A DNA stretch of 61,757 nt, counting the filler, from Choristocarpus tenellus KU-1152 (lineage: Eukaryota; Protista; Phaeophyceae), in NCBI GenBank assembly GCA_964200185.2. It is 12 parts of 12 records of this genome, joined end to end, with 100 filler letters (N's around TTAATTAATTAA, not from the genome) between each part and the next. Parts side by side here need not be neighbours in the genome. Positions count along the whole stretch, not along the records: positions 11,370 to 23,829 come from CAXNAD020001832.1; positions 23,930 to 26,603 come from CAXNAD020025745.1; 10 more parts are not named here. One strand, 5' to 3'. Positions 12,728 through 23,976 of the stretch are shown here, in pieces. The notes under the pieces are model-generated. The model was not told the origin of the DNA. It was given only the letters and a program-made list of their open reading frames with translations, and ran no database searches. Position numbers and translations under genes: made by a program. Within the stretch, counting starts at the first letter, position 1. Every line of letters starts with the position of its first letter.

Positions 12728-14659
12728 TTTGGTAACGTCGGAGTTGAAAAACGATGACCCTGTGGTAAACTGTCTAGCTGGTTCTTGTTGGTGTTTGGGA
12801 CCTTAAGTAAATGTTGATCTTGAATCCTACACCCCACACGCGGATATCCGCGCGCGAGATCAAGCGTTGACAGTAGTAGTAGTAGTAGTAGTAGTAGGAG
12901 GAGGAGGAGTAGAAGTACAGTAGTGGTAGTATACCACTAAGACTAAGACTTATAGTACTGTAGTTTCGATATGAGGTGGTGGTGTACGAGAAGGGGTCAA
13001 CCCTCAAATATCGGACCACCTCCTTAAACTGGTGTATGGCAGTGAATGGTAGCATGGGAAGTGTTCCTGCTTGCGATGGACTCTTGTCAGTTTGTGTGGT
13101 CCGAGAGTATGTGGAGGCAAGATAGGCGAATTAAATCCATGGTTCAAACCCTGAGCTTAGGACACAGGCGGTTGACCACATTGGTCCCTGTGATGTTCAA
13201 TAACCTCAGAGTATTCCATTAGTAGCCATGCATCACTCACTCCACACATCGCACGCTCCTGCAAGCATTTCAGATGCAAAACAATTATGGGCACATCACC
13301 AGTCATTATTGGTGAAACTTGTTGTTAAAGCACCGCTCCAACAGCCACCATTACATAATGTGCAGTGTGCGGTTCTGTCGGGCTATGTTCCTCGACTCGT
13401 GGACTGGGTTCCAGTCTGGACATTATCCTCTTTTCGCAGCGTATTATCGGTTTACTGTTACAGCTTTAGGTATCCATTGACAATGGTCATCTCCTCTGAC
13501 TGCGACTGTGCGGATTTTGGTGGATGGCAGTGGTATTATTACTAACAGGAATGGAACTCTTCTGTAGTACTTGTTTCTAGAAAGAAAGTCGGTACGTACT
13601 TCTTGCTTGTGCTGACTAGGTCAAGTTGGTGATGCTGTTGCCTGCCTGTGGTTGCTCAGCTGGGCGACCTGCTTGGGTTACAGAAGGGTGGACGATATCC
13701 TTAGTTCATAATACTTCATGTCATTATCATATGCCTTGCCCAGTCTGGCCACCTTGAGGTGACTGGTGCTTGCATGTCAGTTAGTGAACTTATCCGTACA
13801 ACATCAAGCTGTTAAGTAAACCTTGGTTCCCAACCGGATATTTCCATTCAGTTAGTTCTTCATATTGGTCAGTTCCACAACCTTTGAGTTGTGCAGAGTA
13901 GTACAATATGGAATCTTACAAGGTCATAGCCAGAAGAAGCTAAACAGATCTTCGTGGAACCTGTTACTTTGAAGTATATTGCTTTATTCCAGAGCTGTAA
14001 TCGACAAAGCATTGCACATTAACAAAATATTTTCCCGCTTGTTTTCAATTTCACTGGTCGAGCTCTTTAGATTATGTTGTGCATTTTTGTCAGAGCTTTA
14101 CGCAGGACAAGGTAACTGTGACAGCGCTTGGCTGTGGGCTGGTTTGGAGATAGATTTCTAACAAGGGCAGGTCCAGGTCGTTAAGAATTCAACGCAATTT
14201 GTGCATGGGCTCATACAAACTCAGCAAGGAATAAGTGTCGACGAAACAATGACCAGATGAAGAGAGTGGAGTTTGTGTATATGGATGCCCAGCATTGTCT
14301 GTCGAGTGGATGAGATATTCATTTCCACCAAGGTAGTAGTCTCATGATATACTTCAGTCTCATATTCTCTTACAGCATCCAAGGCCAGGCCGCCCTGGAT
14401 TCATAGGTCTGCTGTCACCCCAGTAGTCTCTGCCTACTCCTAGAGTGCCAATGTCAATCTTTGCTACTGCTGTTGAGCCCCGCAGGACAACTTGCCTCAC
14501 TCTCTCTTCTAACCTTATGATGTCGGAGGTGAAGAAAGCAGTCTGTCTTAGGTGGGGTTTGAACGTGTGGTGTCTGATTTGGTCAAGATAATGAGAAACT
14601 ACTCACTGCATTTAGTCTCAACCAAGGCTGGCGCCTTGGTATCTCTGCATCTTGTTGTC

Positions 14660-14952
14660 GATCTGAAGCATACAGAGGGTAGGAGTTTACCCCTGTTTGC
14701 CTGTTTGTCTGTTCGAGGCTTGACGTCCCACGATTTTTTTATGCCCTTTTTTCGGTTTTCTGTGAACACAGTTATCCGCTCCGAAATGTTTCGGAGTAGG
14801 TAAAATGTATATGGATGGCTACGAAAGTGGTGTCCGGAGCAAGGATATTGACATTTGCAAACAAACGCGACAGGCAAAATTACATCAAAATCGCAACACT
14901 GAGTTTGTGACCCCAAACGGACGCAACCCTACCCAGGGTAATGCTTTGGATC
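14660..14952 (+). mobile_element. MITE type B, complete (293 bp)
   Basis: Termini GATCTGAAGCATACAGAGGGTAGG ... CCTACCCAGGGTAATGCTTTGGATC form imperfect TIRs. The body is homologous to 55025-55300, 15994-16251 and 53862-54122. Confidence 0.85.
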
Positions 14953-15993
14953 TGCGGTCACCTTATTGCCTGTGATCATTTCCAGAGCAAGAGGCGAGGG
15001 CACTAAGAGGGCATGTAAGACTCCCGTCTCATGCTATGCAGGATCATATATATATATATGGATGACTTTAGAATTGATATTCATCCGTTTATGGGGTTTT
15101 CTATGTAGTCCCAATCCTGATTTGTCCTGGACCTATGGATCAAAACATGTGGGATCTTCGTTCATATGAGAACACAGTTGTTGAGCGAATTAGGTTTCCC
15201 CTTATGCTCCCCGTATGTTTTGCTTATACTCGACAAAAAGTAGTCTGAGAGTCAATGCAGGAGATTACAGTAGAAAAAGTGTGATTAATCATAACCGCTG
15301 GACCATAGAGTCTATCAATTGCAGTTTCTGCTCTGTTTCTACAAATATATTTGGATACTTGGAAAAGCAGGGTGGCATGAAAATTGACATAAGTTTTGAG
15401 GGATATTGTCTAGTTTTGGTTAACTGATCAAGAATGTCTGGTTAGGAAATACACTTGGAGACCAAATCGATCACATCATTTTGAAGGTTAATAGCCACCT
15501 TTGTAGTGGACCTAGATTTGGATGTGAGTTAGTGCAATCTATCTCAGGATTGGTACCTGAAGATAAAATCTGAAAATTATTGACAGCTTGTTCATGTTCT
15601 CGGTTGAGGCTGACAACTTAATGTAGTCATAACTTTTTCAGGTCAAGGTTTCAAGCATGCAAGGGAGTAAACATTCCTTGGATCCTTAATCTGTAATGTT
15701 AAACGCTCCGAAGGACATTTGAGAATTTTGTTTAGGGGGCTAGGATCACTGGAAAATGACAAATGCCACTGTCACAATGTATCTCAAACCTTGTATAGAA
15801 AGCCTAGCAAAATCATTAGTCACGATCATAGCAATATAACCCCACAATATTGTGCGATTCAATCTCAAGCCTGCAATATCTGACAGTTGACTCTCCTTCC
15901 AATTTGGATGGTCCACGGCATATATACTACTTTCCACTGAGTGGTTCAGCTATCTACAATACTAGCTGATCCTTCGCCAGCCTTTCTCAATCA

Positions 15994-16251
15994 GAGTGAT
16001 AGTATCTTAGAGGGTACGATTTTTGCCCTGTTCGTCCATTTGGGGCTTGGATTCCCACAGGTGTTTTATGACATTTTCATACTCCGATATGTTTCGGAGT
16101 AGGTAAAATGTGTACATCATGAAATTGTATGTCCGGAACAAGGATATTGACACGTCCTAAGAAACACCACAGCCAAAATTACATCAAAATCGGAACGTTG
16201 GATTTTGACCCCCAAATGGACGCGGCTCTACCCTCTAAGGTACTTTGACTC
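15994..16251 (+). mobile_element. MITE type C, complete (258 bp), TSD TCA
   Basis: GAGTGATAGTATCTTAGAGGGTA ... TACCCTCTAAGGTACTTTGACTC, flanked by TCA on both sides. Confidence 0.85.
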
Positions 16252-17844
16252 TCAAGCACCTGGTGTACAGCGGGTTGATCGTACTGGCTGTATATAGTTC
16301 AAAGATCTGCATCGTGTACATCACCTTGGTGGCAGGGGATGGTGCAATAAAGGATGAGAATGTAGTCAAAATGCTATGCGCAGGATTACTAATCCATTAG
16401 GTCAAGCACACACACAAAAACTCAAGTCATGGAGGGAGACGATGCAAGATGCCCAGCACCCAGCAAACACAGGGTAGGGCTAAGGGGTACACCCATGAGG
16501 AAAGCCTTTGAATATATGTAGAAACCCATACATACATACGCTTACACCTCACACCGAGGCTGACTGTCCAAAAATAGTGATGCAAACTTAGATGTTTTGT
16601 GTGTTGAGGATACATGATATATATAGAAACACCTTTTAAACAAGAGCAAGGTCAAATTCTTCATTATCATTTACATTGTTCATTTGGTATCAGTATCACT
16701 ATGCTATTACAATATACTTGTTCAACATAGGGGGCACGAGCAGGTCACCTGGCATTTTTGTTGGAGGGAAATTACGATGGATATGAGAAGCAGGTAGTGG
16801 ATGAATTTCAAACATAGAAAGACAGCTAAACTCACTATAGTATGGGAGATATGTCATCAATTACCAATTAAACGTCCTTGACAGCATAAGCTGGATAAAA
16901 ACAAAGTTTGTTGATATATAAACTTCCCAGATAAGTGAAAGGTCACTAGCAATCATTGCAGGAAACAAATGAAAGATGCTGGACTTCTGTGCAACTTTTA
17001 ATGTCATTCAATGTATCATCATGGTGTCTTTCCACCTAATGATACTGCATAGAGGACTATTGATCGTTTTCTTAGAGTTCTGTTTCATGATCAGCGATTT
17101 ACACCAAATATGAGTTTCTTACACTGAAGACCACGCAGACCCCAGCAAGAAACAAACTTCGACACAGTAGTAAGTGGCATGTATGTTGAAAGCTCAATGG
17201 TCCAATACAGACACATACATAGAAGTATATACATGCAGCACAAAAATCATTTAACGCAGGATTGCCGAGGAGGTTTGCAATGCACAAAGCTGCTTGGAAG
17301 AAATAAATACTTGCATTTTTAATGTTCTTGCAATATTACTGTGTTTTAAATACGTACATCATGCATACCAAAGCCCGTCATGGGTGCAGCACAAGTTCTA
17401 TTCGAAGCAGGGGCGACACAGGCCTGTGTTGCCCCTAACTCATTAATGCCATCCCTTGCTCACTCAAAGAGTGGCACCAGTGCTCCGACACGGCTAACGC
17501 AAAGGGCTGGTTCTGCTTTCAGTAGACCAGGACCCAAATCTTAACACTAAACACAAAACGTCATTTCGCATGGCAACATCGCCACCCAAGAGGGAATACA
17601 GTAAGAAAGATAAACAATGGAGGTATCAACGTGGGCAAACCACGCACGCAGAAACTCAATAAACGCTAAATCGATTTCTATTTTCGAGAGGATAACATTC
17701 AAATGACTACGCTGACATGCACTTTGCAGTTGCGTTCTTGCTCATGACTGAGAGCAAACATTCTTGTGAGGTGTAGAGATACACGATCATTACAATGTAT
17801 TTCACTTTCTGCTCTAGTGGATAAATTTACGCTTGCATGATCTA

Positions 17845-18348
17845 TCACGCAGTAGGGAGTTTATGCCTCGTCTCAACTCGTGGAATGCCGTCAAAAATCC
17901 GATCGAAGGTTTGGACCTCTGGGTGGGAATCCAGGAAACTTTGAGGTAAACTTCCCATTTCCAAGAGTTCCTCAAGGTCTTCCCACACACCGACAAACAG
18001 AACTCCTTTCCGACTCTCGAGGAATATCTGCGGGTAACTACGCACACCACTAAACTCGAACAGGATCTTGCGCTTCACCACGTTCTTCTCGTCTGAGGCA
18101 TCTAGTTCCTCGAACATCACTCCCTTCGCATTCAGAAGGTCTCTCGTCCGTCTTTGGTTGGTCTCTTGTTTGACTGTGGACAGGATACTAGAGACAAGTA
18201 CCAGGCACTGGGAAAGACAAGGGAAGGGAGAGGTGTGAGAGAGAGGTACTTTCGACACTTCAGACAACGTATATATTTTTAAAACACAATAGTCGAACGC
18301 AACACTTATAATGTCACCTACTAAGCCCACCTTGTAATCGCCACCCAT
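17845..18348 (-). CDS. SH3BGR-like / glutaredoxin-fold protein lacking CxxC
   Basis: Exon 1 18348-18331 (MGGDYK), 123-nt GT-AG intron, exon 2 18207-17845. Sequence LVLVSS...VKQETNQRRTRDLLNAKGVMFEELDAS...R..LFEFSGVRSYPQIF...FVGVWEDLEELLE matches the SH3BGR pattern. Confidence 0.8.
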   Translation of the reverse strand: MGGDYKVGLVGDIISVAFDYCVLKIYTLSEVSKVPLSHTSPFPCLSQCLVLVSSILSTVKQETNQRRTRDLLNAKGVMFEELDASDEKNVVKRKILFEFSGVRSYPQIFLESRKGVLFVGVWEDLEELLEMGSLPQSFLDSHPEVQTFDRIFDGIPRVETRHKLPTA

Positions 18349-18705
18349 GGTCTTACGCTGGAAGGTTTCTGCACTTCCTATAGTGTCCTGTGCCACTCAC
18401 TTTCTCCCTTATTCATTAGGTGTCGTTCCTTTTGCTTCTGCTTTTGATCCTCCTGGAAAACGTGTATGTCAACTGATTTCAAAACTACGAACACAACCCA
18501 AAATGATCTAGTATTCTCCATCAAACATTTTATTTTATTGTTGTAGTAGTACTATTATTTTTAAATACACTACCATGTATTATTATTACTACTACCATTA
18601 CTAATACTACATTTGTTGGAAGATTGAAGGAAAAAAATCTCCCTAACTCTTAAAGTAGGGATGTGAATCCTTGGTGAGTGACCCATCCTTAAGCGAGAAC
18701 GCACC

Positions 18706-21700
18706 ATGTCAGTACCTACTCCAGGTACGAGACCTCGTGCAGCACCATGTCCAATAACGGTCCTTCGTGGTCATGCAGCTGGTGTGCAGGCAGTACGCTT
18801 CCTATCCAGGGATGTGCTACTATCTGGGTAGGTCTGAGTTTGACAGAGTGCAAACTTGATGTAGGGGCAACCTTTCTTCACTATGGGGAGTAGCAAACAG
18901 TTGCCCTTCTGATCGACATACTCCTGTAGTTCAACCTTTTGTGTGTGTATCCTCTTGATTAGGTCACAAGACGGGATGTTGAAGGTTTGGCACTTGGCCA
19001 GGAGAAGACCAAGTGCGGAGTTCTTTGCTCACGAGTCTAATACTGCTATTCAGCGTCTAGACATCCTGGGTAGCGACAAGGTTGTGAGGTATGGTTCAAA
19101 TAGACTTCGCGACGCCAGGCAGTCAGATTCATGTGGATCAAAATAGAATAAACCAATCCTACTAGCCAAGAACGTTGGAAATGAGATTGTTGCCCCATAT
19201 CGCCTGGCGTCCCCCCTTCAATGACATAGAACAGTCAGGGCAGGGATGGACTGATCAAGGTGTGGGATGCAGAGCGACTGAGTGTTCCCCAAAATGGTAG
19301 CGCCACCAATGCGGAAGTGTCACCTGAGCCGCTGTTTATTCTTCGCACTGGGGCGTACCACTTCTGTCAGTTTGCTCTGGTTAGATGGCGAGCCATGGTG
19401 AGTACAAGCGGCGAAGGAACAGCGGGTCACGATATTGGAGGAGGTTTAAGAAGTTATCAACACAATCTTGACAGACCCGAGGACTCAGAAAAGAAGGAGG
19501 GACTGGTGGAGAGTATCGATTTCCGGGAGGAGGCCTTAAAAGGCGAGAGTGAACAAGAAATCTCGGGTATATCAAGCGGTGCTTTTCCAGACCAGGTTCT
19601 CCTGGCTCCTTGCGAGGATCAACATGCTGTGAGTTCATCCCCCGATGGGTGAATCACACCAGAAATTGATGCAGTCTTCAAGAGTCGTTCTGTGCCAGCA
19701 TCTTCAATCTCAAAATGTACCAGTGGGATCAACAGATATAGCAACTCCTCACCATCCCTCGGTGTCTGCTACTGTTCAGTGCCACTCTAGCAATATTATA
19801 AGAAGCAGTTGCAAGTTAGGATTGTGCAGAGTGCCTGTGTGAGGAGCTCGAATGAGCAAAGAGTACCTGAGTTTGTACAACATGTATGCGACTTTCAAGG
19901 CCTTAGGTTGGGTCAGGGAAGGTTATTCCCAACTGGTAGTCGATTGGGTACTTGAGTGTGCTCTGAAAGGTGAACCTGAATTTGGAAATCCTCCCCAAGG
20001 ACAGTAATGCATTCTATGCAGATTTAATGTGAGACGGGTATCACCCAGACTGAAGTGCCGATTTGTATGTTTTCCTTGCCCTGAATTGTCGATATTTATT
20101 GGGTACAAACCAACTTTCTACCTGCCAAAGATCCATTTCAGTGTTTTGAATCCTAACAATTGATTTATCACAATTCAATAGTCTGAAGATAGCGGACATT
20201 GAATACCTAGATCCGATTTTTTTTCCTCCCACTTGTGCACTCTGCTGAAGTTCCTTTTCTGTACACCCTCGGACTTGGTGCCTTGCGCACCCCACTTTGA
20301 TTATCATTGAGCGCAGCAAATTTATTTAACCTAATTAGTTTTGTGCTCACAAAGTCTTCCTATTCACCTTTTTTTTTTGTCTTAGGTGTGAATCCCCTCA
20401 TATTTCGAGGGGTATATTTTACTTCCTCCCTTCCTCCCTCCCCTTGCCTAACAGGTACGCTTGTGGGATTTGAGGAACAAACAACCAACCTGCACACTGG
20501 CGCCAAGCGAACCGGAACGAAAAGGTGGGCTACATGGTAATCAATTTCCATGTTCTGAATCGGTTGGACTTCGATCAAAGGATTAGTCTGGACAACTGAA
20601 AGTGGAACTGATACCGACATTTTTTTTTTGCAATTTATTGAGTGCCCAGGTGGACCACATATATATGGAGGGAAGGGTATTGCCTGTCCACCTCATTCAT
20701 TTTACACAACTCTGTCGTGACTGACGCAGGAATGGTGATGTGCGCTAGACTTCTAGGTGACTCTACCTCTTGCTCGAGTCCTGTTATTCTCTGTGGGCAC
20801 GACAGTGGTGTGGTATGTTGCTATGATGTAAGGGTCAACAGGCAACCGTTGGTGACTGCCAAGCTTCACACAGAACCAGGTGCAATGAATCCTATTTTTT
20901 TTTTCCCTTTCCACATACACTTTCTAAAGAGCGACATAGAAAACTGCAAGGGTGCAGTACAGAATTTCAACTTCCTCTTTGAAATGGTAGGTGATTCTCG
21001 CCTTTGACACCACATCCTGCTTGTTTGTAACACTGCTTGTGTTGCTTCCATTGCTGCTTGGCATCATCAAGGCAGGATTCGTTTTGTGTTGTTTGCAATG
21101 TATCCTACTGGATGTTAACTTTTAGTTTTTTCAAAAACATGTGAGCAAGTTCATGTCGATAAGATGCATGAAGGTAACAGTTTCATGAAGGTGGTGGTGC
21201 CATGCACCTCAAGAGTCTATGGATTGCATGTGACTCCACTGGTTTCAGGTCCCTTCAATGCACTTGTTGGGGGTAGTGGGGAGGGGGGCATGTAGCACCA
21301 TAAAATATTGAAGATCTTACACTGTGTACTTTGTATTGGCATTGATACATAGTGTCTAGCTGATTGACATGGTGCTTGTATATATTGGTAACCCATACTT
21401 TCAAATTCTTCTGCTTGCTCTTGTCCCCTTGACCATTTTGGTGCCCTTCCAGTGTTGTGCATTGACATAGAAGCCTCTTGCAGGCGAGGTGTCTCTGGCT
21501 CAGCAGATGCAGATGTCCATGTGTTCAAGCTGGACCTAAAAAAGGTGAAATCATCACACCTTTGTTGCTGACCTTGTTACATTTTAGAAGTCCTACCAGT
21601 AGAAATGTTGGCGTCCTATGTGCAATGCATAATTGCAAAATCGCTAGATTACTGTGGTGATGAAAAGAGTGTGTTGTGGAGTATGTGTTGATGATTGTTC

Positions 21701-22364
21701 GTTATTGTACCTGCCAATGACGTACCACCGAAAACTAAGCTACACAGAAGGCGTGACTCAGGTGAGGGCCCCTTCCTCACATTGTTCCATGCTCTTTGAC
21801 AGGCGAAGTGTAGAGTCACATCGACTTTTCATTTGGATCGACCGGGAACATCATGTGTGGAGATCCGACCTGACCAGAAACTCTTCACTTTGGGTGGATG
21901 GGATCGCAGGTTAGATAATGTCACATCTTTGGGGGACTGCTATAGGTTGGTTGATGAGACTGGTGATATGTTTCAATGAATGCAGCTACAGAATATTGCA
22001 CTCCCCCCTACAAGTGCAGAGCAGAGATAGGGCACCAGCGAGTTTGTGGCATGGTAGAATATAGAGACGGTTAACTATTGCGTATTGACAGCAAGTATCA
22101 TGAAATGATAAGACGATTCAGATGCAGTTGAAGCTAAACATATTCCAGTCGATTTTTATTACTAAGATCATTATCCAACTCCCATGGCCCGTTTCTTTGA
22201 ACCAAAACAGGATTAGAATGTTCAGCTGGGGGACTCCTCGGGCTCTTGCTGTGCTTCGTTGTCATGAAGGTAGTGTGTACAGCATTGACTACAGCCCTGA
22301 GAATGGTATTTTCGCGGCTGGTTCCAAAGATTGCAGGGTTTCCATTTGGAATGTGTACCCATAG
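18706..22364 (+). CDS. GNB1L: WD40-repeat protein of the GNB1L / ASA1 / DSE1 family, complete 8-exon model
   Basis: In-phase GT-AG exons 18706-18827, 18963-19088, 19235-19628, 20455-20536, 20730-20879, 21453-21544, 21803-21909 and 22211-22364. Motifs: P.TVLRGHAAGVQAVRF, SQGRDGLIKVWD, YHFCQF, GMVM, KLHTEPVL, IRPDQKLFTLGGWDRRIR, LAVLRCH, AAGSKDCRVSIWNVYP. Confidence 0.9.
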
Positions 22365-22739
22365 GATGAAGTATGAGCGATTCAGATGAATGAACGTTGT
22401 GCGAAATGAAGTGTTTCTCAGTCACCCACAGAAGTATGTAGAGATTGGAGGTGTCTTAAGAATAAAAATTGTATTACTTTACACAGGGTAGTGGGTCTTC
22501 GGCTTCGAATTCTACCACTTGACCTCCACGGATCCAGACTAGATAGTTGATTGGCAACATGCACATGTACAATATCACGTGTTTGCTCCAAACTCATTCA
22601 AATAATGTAAACAGCCCAACAGAATATTTATGCAACTACTCACGAACAGAACAGATGGTCAAGGCCACACAAGAAGCTGATGTGTCTTGGCCCGATATCA
22701 ACACTCGCGGATGATGGCATACAGCAGGAATCATGTGCA

Positions 22740-22931
22740 TCACGCTGTAATGAGACCCTCCAAGCACGTATACCCGAATCTTAGACCCCGGAAGCTAAAG
22801 TACGACGTGAGCACAAACAGGGTCACCACCATTGCGTTGACGAGGACTCGCTCAGCAGGATAGAAAGCATAGGTTCCCGTGCTGATCTTGTAGTGATAGT
22901 ACTGACGGTCGATCTCGCCAAGAATTCCCAT
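22740..22931 (-). CDS. Serine palmitoyltransferase small subunit (ssSPT/SPTSS-like), intronless, 63 aa
   Basis: MGILGEIDRQYYHYKISTGTYAFYPAERVLVNAMVVTLFVLTSYF matches the ssSPT pattern Y.Y...TG.Y...P.ER...N followed by one TM helix. Confidence 0.8.
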   Translation of the reverse strand: MGILGEIDRQYYHYKISTGTYAFYPAERVLVNAMVVTLFVLTSYFSFRGLRFGYTCLEGLITA

Positions 22932-23758
22932 CTTGAGTGCTCGCGCCAGCAACCTAAGGCTCAGTCCTTTCTAGTGAAGCCCGACCACCACCAACAATTC
23001 TATCCTTCAACAGGGATACCTACTTTATCCCGCGGGAAAGTCCTTGCAAAAGCTGTAATGTCCAAACTTATGGGACGTCAAGAACCGCACAACCTCCAAT
23101 GAACGCAGAGTGAAACCTGATCGAAAGTTCTTTCCTTCGTCACAGCCTTTGTCCCAATTTTGTTCAGAAGTGTGTTCGTTTGGAGTTTGGACAAAGTGGT
23201 CAGTTTGGGTTTTGTAAAAAAAAAATCATCTAGAAGCCAATAAGACCAGTTTGAATTCTGAAATCATTCACTATGTGATGTGTTGTGGAGAGTATGAAAA
23301 TGATCATATCGTCATTGAACATCATTAATTCCACAACTTCATCTTAAATACCAATAAATAATAGAACTGACTATTTGAACATAGTGATGTTGTGACTTAC
23401 GTCCAATGTAGTCAGACAAAGTACTCTCACTTCAAGTTTAGATGATTAAAAAAAACATATGGGGATCGTTCATCTTCTGTTGCTTTTTCGAATGATCCCC
23501 ATCCTTCATTTATATAAAGACAAGATGTAGGGATAATTCCATACCTGTTTGACAGTGTGTGAAATTGGAGTAAGTGGGGGTGTAAGACTAATTTTTATTA
23601 TAATGCCCTCGAATATTTTGCAGATGTGTCAGGGAAAAAACTAATGAAAAATTATTCAAACAGGAAAAGAATATCAGAACCTGTAAAAAGAAAGGCAAGA
23701 AGAGTTGTCGTATATGTGAAAGAGATCTAACATCTGTTTACTATTTTACTATTTACCT

Positions 23759-23829
23759 GTAACAGTAGATTTCAAAAATTGAGGATGGAGCTTTTCGTTG
23801 AGGATGGGCTTGACCCAAAATTGACTGGG
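23759..23829 (+). mobile_element. Terminus of a second TIR family (TA|ACAGT..., pogo/Fot1-like), contig-terminal
   Basis: taACAGTAGATTTCAAAAATTGAGGAT is a near-exact reverse complement of ATCCTCAATTTTGAAAATCCACTGTta at 41792-41818. Both are flanked by TA. Confidence 0.55.
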
Positions 23830-23929
23830 NNNNNNNNNNNNNNNNNNNNNNNNNNNNNNNNNNNNNNNNNNNNTTAATTAATTAANNNNNNNNNNNNNNN
23901 NNNNNNNNNNNNNNNNNNNNNNNNNNNNN

Positions 23930-23976
23930 CCCCAACGAAGCGCCCCCCGCCCCCCCCCCCCCAGATGCTTTGAGTC
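23930..23976 (+). mobile_element. MITE type A right end
   Basis: poly-C followed by CAGATGCTTTGAGTC. Confidence 0.75.

Larger units (their letters stand above)
13200..16600 (-). mobile_element. Degenerate LINE reverse-transcriptase relic, interrupted by two MITEs
   Basis: Minus strand, in the expected order: IYAVDH (~AFDSVDH, ~15920), IFQ-x-DP-SPL (~GIFQGDPLSPL, ~15740), PMN.QGGLAL (~LP...GGLGL, ~14390). Heavily mutated; boundaries approximate. Confidence 0.55.
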
